The position numbers and the translations under genes are program-made. A stretch of DNA of 62,846 nt, filler included, from Guillardia theta CCMP2712 (taxonomy: Eukaryota > Protista > Cryptophyta), in the NCBI RefSeq assembly GCF_000315625.1. It is 6 parts of 6 records of this genome, joined end to end, with 100 filler letters (N's around TTAATTAATTAA, not from the genome) between each part and the next. Parts side by side here need not be neighbours in the genome. Positions count along the whole stretch, not along the records: positions 10,211 to 18,811 come from NW_005434310.1; positions 18,912 to 34,965 come from NW_005434456.1; 4 more parts are not named here. The stretch is one strand, 5' to 3'. The notes under the pieces were generated by a model, which saw only the letters and a list, made by a program, of their open reading frames with translations, did not search any database and had not been told where the DNA came from. Below, piece by piece: positions 10,614 through 23,465 of this stretch (positions within the stretch are counted from its first letter, which is position 1; each line of letters opens with the position of its first letter).

Positions 10614-13600
10614 GTCCTCGGAGGTACTGAACCAGCTCCTCCCTCTCCTCCCTCTCTGCGACAGCCAGGCATGTCTTGCCCTCCTTGTCGACGGCACGGA
10701 TGACATCTACCCCTCCTGCTTGGACCACCAGTTCTATCCCCTCTAAACTCCCCTTCCTCCGCTGCGAAATGTGCGCAAGTCTTNNNNNNNNNNNNNNNNN
10801 NNNNNNNNNNNNNNNNNNNNNNNNNNNNNNNNNNNNNNNNNNNNNNNNNNNNNNNNNNNNNNNNNNNNNNNNNNNNNNNNNNNNNNNNNNNNNNNNNNNN
10901 NNNNNNNNNNNNNNNNNNNNNNNNNNNNNNNNNNNNNNNNNNNNNNNNNNNNNNNNNNNNNNNNNNNNNNNNNNNNNNNNNNNNNNNNNNNNNNNNNNNN
11001 NNNNNNNNNNNNNNNNNNNNNNNNNNNNNNNNNNNNNNNNNNNNNNNNNNNNNNNNNNNNNNNNNNNNNNNNNNNNNNNNNNNNNNNNNNNNNNNNNNNN
11101 NNNNNNNNNNNNNNNNNNNNNNNNNNNNNNNNNNNNNNNNNNNNNNNNNNNNNNNNNNNNNNNNNNNNNNNNNNNNNNNNNNNNNNNNNNNNNNNNNNNN
11201 NNNNNNNNNNNNNNNNNNNNNNNNNNNNNNNNNNNNNNNNNNNNNNNNNNNNNNNNNNNNNNNNNNNNNNNNNNNNNNNNNNNNNNNNNNNNNNNNNNNN
11301 NNNNNNNNNNNNNNNNNNNNNNNNNNNNNNNNNNNNNNNNNNNNNGCGAGGTCGACGATCTTCGAGAGGATCTGGGTGTTGCCATGCCAGGCAGCCCAGT
11401 GGGCGCAGGTTTGACCCTCCTTGTCAGCCCTTCTCAGGTCTTCCACAATCGAGCTNNNNNNNNNNNNNNNNNNNNNNNNNNNNNNNNNNNNNNNNNNNNN
11501 NNNNNNNNNNNNNNNNNNNNNNNNNNNNNNNNNNNNNNNNNNNNNNNNNNNNNNNNNNNNNNNNNNNNNNNNNNNNNNNNNNNNNNNNNNNNNNNNNNNN
11601 NNNNNNNNNNNNNNNNNNNNNNNNNNNNNNNNNNNNNNNNNNNNNNNNNNNNNNNNNNNNNNNNNNNNNNNNNNNNNNNNNNNNNNNNNNNNNNNNNNNN
11701 NNNNNNNNNNNNNNNNNNNNNNNNNNNNNNNNNNNNNNNNNNNNNNNNNNNNNNNNNNNNNNNNNNNNNNNNNNNNNNNNNNNNNNNNNNNNNNNNNNNN
11801 NNNNNNNNNNNNNNNNNNNNNNNNNNNNNNNNNNNNNNNNNNNNNNNNNNNNNNNNNNNNNNNNNNNNNNNNNNNNNNNNNNNNNNNNNNNNNNNNNNNN
11901 NNNNNNNNNNNNNNNNNNNNNNNNNNNNNNNNNNNNNNNNNNNNNNNNNNNNNNNNNNNNNNNNNNNNNNNNNNNNNNNNNNNNNNNNNNNNNNNNNNNN
12001 NNNNNNNNNNNNNNNNNNNNNNNNNNNNNNNNNNNNNNNNNNNNNNNNNNNNNNNNNNNNNNNNNNNNNNNNNNNNNNNNNNNNNNNNNNNNNNNNNNNN
12101 NNNNNNNNNNNNNNNNNNNNNNNNNNNNNNNNNNNNNNNNNNNNNNNNNNNNNNNNNNNNNNNNNNNNNNNNNNNNNNNNNNNNNNNNNNNNNNNNNNNN
12201 NNNNNNNNNNNNNNNNNNNNNNNNNNNNNNNNNNNNNNNNNNNNNNNNNNNNNNNNNNNNNNNNNNNNNNNNNNNNNNNNNNNNNNNNNNNNNNNNNNNN
12301 NNNNNNNNNGCAGCAGCTCGAGGGTGTCAAATTTCTCGCGCACTACAGCATGGTGAGCTGGGGTTCTGCTGAACTGATCCACATCATGAACGATCGCATC
12401 CCCTCCAACGTCCAGCAGCATTCGAAGAGCCTCCAGGTCTCCTCTGTCCGCGGCGATATGCGCGCATGTCAAACCCTCACAGTCCGCTGCTCGAGCGGCT
12501 CCCATGCCCCCGTGGCTCAGGAGGGTTTTCAGCACGTCGAGTCTTCCAGTCCTCGCGGCCCAGTGAGCGCACGTCCTCCCCTCCCGGTCAGCCGATGAGG
12601 CAAGACAGGCTCCTCCTACCCTCAGCACGAGCTGTAACAGTTCCTCGTCCTGCAGATCGGCGGCTGCATAGAAGATGTCAGCGAGGATGCTGCTCTGAGA
12701 AGTCTCAGCGGCGAGATCCAACGCTGTCTTCCCGTCCTCTCGCTGCGCCACCACCGCGTCCCGCAAGCTCCTCCCCTCGACGAGGAGGTGAAAGACTTCG
12801 ACGTGGCCCCTGCTGCATGCGAGGTGGACGGCAGTCGCTCCTGCTGCATCCTTGAGGTCAACGTTGGCCTTGTGCAGCAGCAGGAGCTTCACGCACTTGT
12901 CGTATCCCATCAAGGAAGCAGACTGCAAGGCTGTCTTCCCGTCCTTGTCAACCGCATCCACCTCCTTCCCAGCTGCCAGCAGCCTCTCCATCCCCTGGAT
13001 GTCTCCACTTGCCGCCGCCGACGCCAACGGCGATTCTCTCGTCTCCATGACGTCACCAATGGCCTCGAGCATGCGCGAGCGCTCGAAGATCTGGTCGGAC
13101 AACCTCGCCTTCTCCTCTCCTGCCGTCTCGCTGCTGCCTGCCCGCGAGTTAAGGAGAGCGATAATGTGTCTCCCTACGACGACGAGGGAGTCCTGGTTGT
13201 ACCAGTCCCTCTCCCTCACGCAGTGATCGAACTTGTCAGCGCACATGGCAGCGAGGTAGACAGCAAGCTGCATGGCGCTGCGTAGTTCTTCTCGTTGTTG
13301 AACCAAACATCATCTCTGCTCAGGTAGATCTCCACGACTCTCTCGCAGTCTGCCTGAGTCTGCAGCCGAAGGGAGTCCACCTGCCCGACTTGGAGCGAGG
13401 AGTCTTGGCTGAGAACCTCCTGCATCTTCACCTGCAACATCCTCCTCACGTCTCCTCAACATTCCTCATCACAGCGACGTAGAGGTTCTTCCGTCGGGAG
13501 ATCATGTCTTCGATGGTTGAGCACGACGAGTTCGTGCTGATCTTGGTCGGCACTACCCGAACGAGGAGCTGGACTACCTTCCCTTCCTCCAACGCATACT

Positions 13601-15283
13601 TGACCAGCTCCACCCGCGGCTTCCCCACGACCTCAAGGTACGAGAGGGGAGGATACAAGATCTCGTCCTCTCCTGGGTACTGTGAGAGAAACCGCAGGGA
13701 AGCCCCACGATCGACTGCTCCGCAGGAGATTTCGAAGAGCGTCGGAGCTTGTCNNNNNNNNNNNNNNNNNNNNNNNNNNNNNNNNNNNNNNNNNNNNNNN
13801 NNNNNNNNNNNNNNNNNNNNNNNNNNNNNNNNNNNNNNNNNNNNNNNNNNNNNNNNNNNNNNNNNNNNNNNNNNNNNNNNNNNNNNNNNNNNNNNNNNNN
13901 NNNNNNNNNNNNNNNNNNNNNNNNNNNNNNNNNNNNNNNNNNNNNNNNNNNNNNNNNNNNNNNNNNNNNNNNNNNNNNNNNNNNNNNNNNNNNNNNNNNN
14001 NNNNNNNNNNNNNNNNNNNNNNNNNNNNNNNNNNNNNNNNNNNNNNNNNNNNNNNNNNNNNNNNNNNNNNNNNNNNNNNNNNNNNNNNNNNNNNNNNNNN
14101 NNNNNNNNNNNNNNNNNNNNNNNNNNNNNNNNNNNNNNNNNNNNNNNNNNNNNNNNNNNNNNNNNNNNNNNNNNNNNNNNNNNNNNNNNNNNNNNNNNNN
14201 NNNNNNNNNNNNNNNNNNNNNNNNNNNNNNNNNNNNNNNNNNNCAGTATAGAGGATGAGAGCAATTATCTCTTCCTTTCTCAGTTTTGCCCTCACCACCG
14301 CCTCCTCGCCCATCAGCTGCTCTACACTCCTCACGATCCTCTTCCCCTGGCACGCCTTGACTCGCTCCTCCTCCTCTGTGACCGCCCTCCACTCCTGAGC
14401 AGGAGAGGTCTCGAGCAGGTAGTTGGGCGTCCTGAATGTGTCCCTCGAGTCTGCCCTCTCGCAGTGCTCCTGCTGCATCCCATCGTAGAAGTTGAGCATG
14501 GGATACCCTATCCTCTCCAGCAGCCCCTTGTGGAACTCCTCCAGTTTCCCGAACTCTGCGACACAGAACTTGTCGTTGATCGGCTCGCTGGCGCCCTCAA
14601 GGAGGCGGGAGGCTTCCTCCTCGGCCTGCAGGAGGTTCTTCAAGCTCAAGAAGCTCTCCGCCAGCCTCGACGCCACGACACCCTGGCACCACATCGCCAC
14701 GTCCTCCAAGGATGAGCTCTGCAGGAACTGTAAGGGGTTGTCAGGGGATCCTTCGGGGATGCACTCGGCCAAGGTCCTGATGACGTCAGCTTGCGAGGAC
14801 TTCGCCAGNNNNNNNNNNNNNNNNNNNNNNNNNNNNNNNNNNNNNNNNNNNNNNNNNNNNNNNNNNNNNNNNNNNNNNNNNNNNNNNNNNNNNNNNNNNN
14901 NNNNNNNNACTCCTCGAACGTAGACGACGAACGTGGCCTGTCCACAAACACATCCGAGCTCAGCCCGAGTTGCATCGGGATCTCTCCGCATTCTTCGTGG
15001 AAAACTCCGAGGTCGTTGGCGATCGCGGAAGGGGAAGGAGAGGAGGAGGTCTTATCAAAGAAAGCACGCAAGCGCACAGCTTGCTCAGGGCTCAGCTTCC
15101 AAGCACTGCCCCCCTTCATCTCGTGCCTCTTGGAGGGGGCTTCTGAACTCGTCACTGAAAACTTCCCATGGCGCCCCTTGTCGAATTCGTCCACCTGGCA
15201 GTTTCATGTCAAATCACCCAAACACTCGAAATTGCTCCACCTTGCTCGCCCTGCTGTTGGGAGCTTTGGTAACATTCGCATCT
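10614..15283 (-). CDS. ADP-ribosyltransferase (ARTC/R-S-E type) domain plus C-terminal ankyrin-repeat protein, copy 1 (gapped)
   Basis: Exons LAECIPEGS, EHC..F.T.NY..T...EW, EIIALILYT and FEISCGAVDRGASLRFLSQYPGEDEILYPPLSYLEV are collinear with the intact paralogue at 46186-48721. They are followed by many ankyrin repeats (GKTALQSAS, GRTCAHWAA, GLTCAHIAA). The R and STT motifs fall in an N gap; both ends are approximate. Confidence 0.8.
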
Positions 15284-17016
15284 TGATCTGGAATAATCGA
15301 TTGGACCGATGATCCACAGCCCATCGTCTCTCCCCGCCTCCCAGCGCAGTGCCTGTCAAAGAGCAACTCTTGAATGCAGTTTCGTTGCAAACACCCAACA
15401 ATGACCACAGAAACGAGCGCGAGAAGCAAAACAAACAAAGGTAGAAGGCGGTTCAAACTCTAAAAGGCGGATCAAAATCATGCCTTCTCATACCCTTCAA
15501 CTTCCCTAAAGCCTGATCCAACTCAACTCCTTCTGGTATGCAAATCATGACAACTCCCTGGCAACAACCCAGAAAGTTGCTCGCTCCGTTACAGTCATTG
15601 ACCTACAACTTAAACTTTTCTTGTCCCGACCAACCACCAACATGATATCTCATCCTCTCCGTTCCTCTGCTCTCCTCGCACTTTCCCTCCCTCCTTCCCC
15701 CCTCCACTCCCTGCCTGCTCCCTCCCCTGCTTCCGCCCATTCCCCGACAAACTGCCAATCCAAAACGATGACTGTGTGTCTGCATGCGTCATGCGTTGCA
15801 ACGTATGTCGGGGTAAATGGCTATTAAATAGAGGGGTACTTTGAATGAAATTAGGAAAATATGCAATGGCAGCACCGAGCCATCTGGGAAATAACTATAC
15901 ACCCCTATCAAATCACCTCTACCCCTAGTAAAGCAGTAATTGGAAGGGGTGAATGACATGTACAACACATAGAGGATAGGGGGTGGGGTACAGGCGGGCG
16001 AGGGGTGGTGCATAGCCCCATAGCGCCATAACGGGAGCCTGACGATGCTGAGCAATTTTCTACCCAACGGCGCCACTGANNNNNNNNNNNNNNNNNNNNN
16101 NNNNNNNNNNNNNNNNNNNNNNNNNNNNNNNNNNNNNNNNNNNNNNNNNNNNNNNNNNNNNNNNNNNNNNNNNNNNNNNNNNNNNNNNNNNNNNNNNNNN
16201 NNNNNNNNNNNNNNNNNNNNNNNNNNNNNNNNNNNNNNNNNNNNNNNNNNNNNNNNNNNNNNNNNNNNNNNNNNNNNNNNNNNNNNNNNNNNNNNNNNNN
16301 NNNNNNNNNNNNNNNNNNNNNNNNNNNNNNNNNNNNNNNNNNNNNNNNNNNNNNNNNNNNNNNNNNNNNNNNNNNNNNNNNNNNNNNNNNNNNNNNNNNN
16401 NNNNNNNNNNNNNNNNNNNNNNNNNNNNNNNNNNNNNNNNNNNNNNNNNNNNNNNNNNNNNNNNNNNNNNNNNNNNNNNNNNNNNNNNNNNNNNNNNNNN
16501 NNNNNNNNNNNNNNNNNNNNNNNNNNNNNNNNNNNNNNNNNNNNNNNNNNNNNNNNNNNNNNNNNNNNNNNNNNNNNNNNNNNNNNNNNNNNNNNNNNNN
16601 NNNNNNNNNNNNNNNNNNNNNNNNNNNNNNNNNNNNNNNNNNNNNNNNNNNNNNNNNNNNNNNNNNNNNNNNNNNNNNNNNNNNNNNNNNNNNNNNNNNN
16701 NNNNNNNNNNNNNNNNNNNNNNNNNNNNNNNNNNNNNNNNNNNNNNNNNNNNNNNNNNNNNNNNNNNNNNNNNNNNNNNNNNNNNNNNNNNNNNNNNNNN
16801 NNNNNNNNNNNNNNNNNNNNNNNNNNNNNNNNNNNNNNNNNNNNNNNNNNNNNNNNNNNNNNNNNNNNNNNNNNNNNNNNNNNNNNNNNNNNNNNNNNNN
16901 NNNNNNNNNNNNNNNNNNNNNNNNNNNNNNNNNNNNNNNNNNNNNNNNNNNNNNNNNNNNNNNNNNNNNCTTGCAACCGAGAGTCAATCCCCGCGATGGG
17001 AAACAAGAAATGATCC

Positions 17017-18166
17017 TCACATGTTTAGAAGGGCATCGTAGCGAGCAAGCGCTTGCTGCTGTGCAACGGCCTGCCGAATCAAATCAGCGCGAGAAGACGG
17101 GGAATGCAGGGAGGGAGTCAGGGGGAGAGGAGTTAGAGACTGAAGAACGAAACGAGGCAGGACGAGCAACAAAGTGAAGGTGCCGTTGGGTAGCGAGCAA
17201 GAGAGCAAGGGAGGGGAGAGGGTGGCTGGAAGGCAGCGTACCATGTCTGTAACATTCATCATACAAATATTTGAGCTGGCACCCGCGGCAGAGTCATCGA
17301 ACATGAAATCCCCCTCGTCATCTACAGCTCAAGAAGTCAAGGCTTGAAGCACAAGCAGGAGATCTGATACCGTCATCATGCTCATCAGGGTGGAGAGCTT
17401 GACATTGCGAGAAGACGCTGAAGACAACCCCAAGAATCTGATGAATCCCAATGAGTTATCAGGCATCCGCCGTAAAGTAGAGTGGTCACGTTCGGGTCGT
17501 CCATGACGAATCGCATTTCATGGGAGGGTTCATCCCCCTCCATCCCCTCCTCCTCCTCCTCCTCCTCCTCCTCCTCTGCTCCATTCATCTTCGCGTCCGG
17601 CGCGCTTTGACTACAATTCGCTATCATCTCTCGCACGGCATCGTCTGCGAGGACCTGAACAGCTTCAGGAAGCGAGGGCGAAGCAATGCACGTGCTACCT
17701 GACAGTAGATGCAAGGGTGAGGGAAAGCCGATGTGTCTCTCGAAATAGCATGCACGATGACAGATCTCCAGTGCAGTTTGACTGTCTCATCCAATCGCTC
17801 ATCATTTCTCCAGATGATTTGATGCGTGGTCAGGAACAAGGTTCCTTGTCCAAATGCAGGTCTGGATGCAAATTCAATTCAGGAAGGAAAAGAATCAAGC
17901 AGAGATCTGAACTCATCCTCAATAAAAACAAAGCCACGAACATCAACAACAACCTCAAACATCAACAACCGCTCCTGGAAACAATTCCGAAGAACAAAAC
18001 AGCCAAGATGGTTGTGAAGCAATCATCAATCGTCATATAATCTGAGAGCCCATGCTCACCTGTCATCGGCATACAGGCTTACTCTCTGCTTGATGAATTT
18101 CACCTCCTCCTCTTCTCCCATGCTCGGCATCGTCTGCCCGCTCGAAAGCCCATCGCCCTCCGCCAT
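17017..18166 (-). CDS. CLNS1A: Methylosome subunit pICln (Voldacs/PH-like domain)
   Basis: GQGTLFLTTHQIIW..VIVHAISRDTSAFPHPCIYCQ, an acidic tract, EMRFV, then FSQCQALHPD. These are the pICln signature segments. The 3' end may continue into the gap. Confidence 0.85.
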
Positions 18167-18636
18167 TGCTGCACGGGCTGCTAGCTCTTCGCCCTCATAC
18201 CCCTACTTCCTCGTAAAGCTTTCTTTTTAGTCTTTTTATTGTTTTTAGTAATGTTATGCAATCGTTCGGCATATGATCTGCAGCACTTACGATTTCTCAT
18301 AGGACCATAAAGACATATTGATAGGACCTTCCTAGTACCTTCGTTCGGCCAGTCGTAGTCCCCAATGCTGCTCGGGGTTGAAGGCGTACAATGCTATATC
18401 CAGTGGAGAGGGGAGGGGAAGAAGAGAGCATAGGAGGAGGAGGAGGAGGAGGAGGAGAACAGAGTCGAAGAGAGAATAGGAGTGGCAGAGTAGCTGATCC
18501 AGAGATTTCTCCCTGGGTTGCTTGCCATGATCGCGGAGGTTGCTGAATGTTGGTGGTGCAGGATTGGAGGAATGTGAGAGGAGCGCTTGTGGTGAGGGCG
18601 GGCAGTCAGACAGCAGGTCGGCACTGACAACAGAGC

Positions 18637-18811
18637 ATGGCGGAATCCTTGGATTCGGGAAGCCTGCGAGAGAAAATGTCGAGCAGTGCAGGGAGAGCGA
18701 TGAACAAAGTCAAGAGCGTCATGGCGCCGACCTCCATTGCCAACGCCGGAGTGGCTGCATCGGAGCTCATCGGCGTCGTTGCAGCCGGTGCCATGGCTAC
18801 CTCCGAGCAGC
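18637..18811 (+). CDS. Partial hypothetical protein, cut by scaffold end
   Basis: Open, coding-like frame MAESLDSGSLREK.. running into the linker; no family recognised. Confidence 0.3.
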
Positions 18812-18855
18812 NNNNNNNNNNNNNNNNNNNNNNNNNNNNNNNNNNNNNNNNNNNN

Positions 18856-18867
18856 TTAATTAATTAA
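18856..18867. other. Artificial scaffold linker
   Basis: TTAATTAATTAA within N runs. Confidence 0.97.
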
Positions 18868-18911
18868 NNNNNNNNNNNNNNNNNNNNNNNNNNNNNNNNN
18901 NNNNNNNNNNN

Positions 18912-20230
<1,319 letters not shown>

Positions 20231-20678
20231 GCAAGAAACAACAGGAGCAAGGGCTCTTCACATTTCAACATCGTGGGGTTTTAAGTTGAATCTGAATCAA
20301 GTCCTTCCATCCACTGACTCCCTGTCACATGACCTTCAGTCACAGATCAGTCTTGTCTTCTGATCTCCCAGTGAACGAATGTGACTTCCCTCTCCCTCCC
20401 TCCCCTCCCTCCCTCCCTCCCTCCCTCCCTCCCCTCCCTCCCCTCCCTCCCCTCCCTCTCCCTTTCTTGGCAAGCCTGGGTTCCTGTTTTGTACGGGATT
20501 TTACCTAAAACCTAAAACCCATATATAGAGAAGAAGCTACTGACATTGAATTGCTTCAAAACCCTTTTAAAATAAATCAGTACAAATCAAAATATTGATT
20601 TGTACGTAATTATTTAGAAACTCGATACAAATCATTTTCAAAAATCGGCGGGTACAGACATTCAAGGCAGGGAGAGAA

Positions 20679-21606
20679 ATGGCGAAAGCCATGCTCTGCG
20701 TGCTGGTAGCGGCGCTCATGGTGGCGAAGGAGGCGAACTCGTTGGTGGTGATTGGTGGATCTTCATACACACTGCTCTCCCCCCCCATACACTCAAGCTT
20801 CTCCCCCTCCTCTCCTAGAAATTTGCAACCAAACACCATGGGCAATGAACTGGACATACCCCGGCGTCCCACGTTGAGAATGCAGCTGTGAGCGCAGGAA
20901 GAAAGCTTGATCGTTGTTGACGTGATTGACAGACGTGAGAGTAGCGATGATGAGGGTTCCCTTCAATACATCGACGTGCCTGGAAAGGCATCTGGGATGG
21001 GCGCTACACAAACCACCGCCGTGCTCTCGTTGTTCTCCCTTTTCCCTGCGTCGGCCATGGCGGATGTTGTAGAGGCGGGAGCAGGTCGAACCAGCTGCAG
21101 CTCGATGAAAACATCTCACATTTTCCTTGTGCAGAAGCTTCGAAGATCGTCATCGAGCCCAGGGGCATCACGGCTCAGGATACAGTCGTCTTCGTCATCG
21201 GGGTCATTCCATTCGTGTGGGCGACTTACGAGTTTTGGCGGTGACAGCAGCGTCCTCGTGGCATCTGAGACTGACAAGCATGCTGCTGCAGACGTATCGC
21301 TGTCGGCGAGCCGTTCGGAACAACCAAGGTGGGTGGACTGGACTGACGTCAGGCTGTTTGACGTACTGCCAGGAAGGGTCGGTGATTATTCGGCCAGAGG
21401 GTCAGGAGGTGAAAGAGCAGAAAGGATCCCCACGTCGTGTCTTGAGCACAGGTGCATCATGACAGGCTGATCACTTCATCCTCACCCCTCGAACAGGCGC
21501 GATCCGCCTTGCCTATGTGCTGTTTGCTGCTGTCGGAGCTTCAATGGCGCTTGTGGTTGTTGCTGTCTTGCAGGCAGGTATCCCTGCTGACTATCGCAGC
21601 AACTGA
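20679..21606 (+). CDS. Hypothetical two-TM membrane protein with bipartite (signal plus transit-like) presequence, probably plastid-targeted
   Basis: MAKAMLCVLVAALMVAKEANS signal followed by an S/P/R-rich linker. Spliced exons give [58 protein letters not shown]; TGA at 21604-21606. Confidence 0.6.
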
Positions 21607-21949
21607 TACTGTTGGCCGACAGGTAGCAGGCAAGTAGATGGAGCGAGGTGGTGAATGCAAGCGCAAGGGAGAGCACAAGTGTACAGAGGAGGAGGTCGTG
21701 GCAGCTTCACGGTGTGGAGCTTGTGTGGAGCAGACGTAGTGTTGAGCAGAAAGGAAAGACAAGAGAAAGGGAAGAGGAAGGGAAGAGGATCGTTGGGTCG
21801 AAGAGGGTCCGTTAGACCGCAGCCGACAATCTGCTGCATTGGACAAGAACGTTTTCAGCCTGTGTGTATGTTTTACAAATACAAGGAAAAAATTCAGACA
21901 CCACAAAAAGTCTCAGAGGTTGCGAACAAGCAACCACAGGATCACTACA

Positions 21950-23465
21950 GCGCAAATTCTCTCCCCGTGCATCAGAGCACGAAGACGTGTTTGCCTGCAA
22001 TCATCATCTGCCCGGCGTTCTCTCCCCTGCTCAGATGCATCAGACAAGTCGGAGAGCTGGCTTTCTCCTCACCACGCCATCACCTCATCCGGGCTCTTGA
22101 CCGTTCGCGTGCTGTACACTGGGATCGCTGCTTCCCCTCCTCGAAATTCAACGATGGTGGACGAGAGGTGTTTGAGATCGAGCTGGCATGGCTTGTCGTA
22201 GAGCGAGAACATTGCTGCAGAGACAGTCATTGGAGGAGGAGGAGGACAGGAGGAGGAAGATGCGACGAGGAGAAGGAAATTTACTTGGTGCTGCCTGTAC
22301 AAGGGCATATAGGAGCTCCATCTCCTGATGACCAACCTGCACTCGCAAAGAGAAACAAATTCTAGTTAAGGGGAGTGCGGCAAGGCACGGAACACTACCT
22401 TCTCGAGGAGGATGAGCCTCTTCCTCGAGTTGCAGACGCTGAGGGGAGAGAGATCAGGACATGGAGAGCAACGGAACGAGCAGCTCCCGAGATCAAACCT
22501 GTGGAGTTCTTTGGAGTGGGACGCAGGTATGATTTCATCCGTTGTTCCATGGATCAGGAGAACAGGGCACTGGTAGATCGGATGAGAACAAGGCATCTGA
22601 GATCGAGATGCAGCCTACCTTCACCTCTTTCATCATCTCTACGCTGGGCCAATCTGATGACCCCGCTACGAATCAAGCATCGTCAGGCGATCGGAGCAAG
22701 GGAGGAGCTGAGAAGTCTCACCTGTTAACCAAGAAAACACAGCCCCGACATGCTCCTCAACGATGTCTCGGATGGAGGTGTAGGGAGAGACTAATATCAC
22801 TCCACCCACCAGGCCGAGCCGAGCAGCGTTGATGGCTGGGCCCGTTCCGATCGATCTCCCATAGACCACGATATGGTCCAGATCCCAGCAAAGCACATCC
22901 CTCACCCACTTGCAAGCCGTCAACACGGCTGTGTTCACACTAGACTCGCAGGGATTCCCTTGGCAGAGCCCGTAGCCCGGATACTCCGGTACCAAGACAT
23001 GCACTCCCAGCATGTGGCTGATCCACTGAGCACACGCGTAGATGCTCCCCAGGTCCTCGCTGTTGGCATGGCAGTAGATCATGATCGTGCTGGACGGATC
23101 CGACTCAGCCCTTGCGCATGTAGTCAGTGCCAAGCACTCCCGGGATGCCCCCTCCCCTCTTGGACTCACTGCGCTATGGACTCTTCAGTCTCCTCCTCCA
23201 TGTCACGGCGGGTGGGATGAGCCTTGCGGGGAGCCTTCCCCTTGATCAGAAGACAGGGGACCACCACGTTCTCATCCTCATCCGATCTGATGCAGATGAG
23301 CTCTTGAGGCTTGAAGCTGTTCCAGGAGTACGAGTTGGCCGAGGACCCTGCCAGATTGTGTGACGGGACCGGAAGCGTGAGCGAACATCACTCACCGGGA
23401 AACAGAAAGTCGTTGATGATGTGGTGCTCCTTGAAAGCGTTTTCAAGGCTGTTGAAAATGCTCAT
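21950..23465 (-). CDS. Alpha/beta hydrolase, ABHD17/ABHD13-like
   Basis: IYCHANSEDLG, EYPGYG, nucleophile elbow VYGRSIGTGPA, LVSPYTSI, CPVLLIHGTTDEIIPASHS. The 3' end is approximate. Confidence 0.85.

Noticed and set aside
15789-17020. Long ORFs spanning N runs (also at 10465-12598 and 57991-59946)
   Set aside because: They are open only because N codons are not read as stops.
20500-20522. cctaaaacctaaaaccc as a telomeric repeat
   Set aside because: Only about two degenerate units, internal to a scaffold; insufficient evidence.
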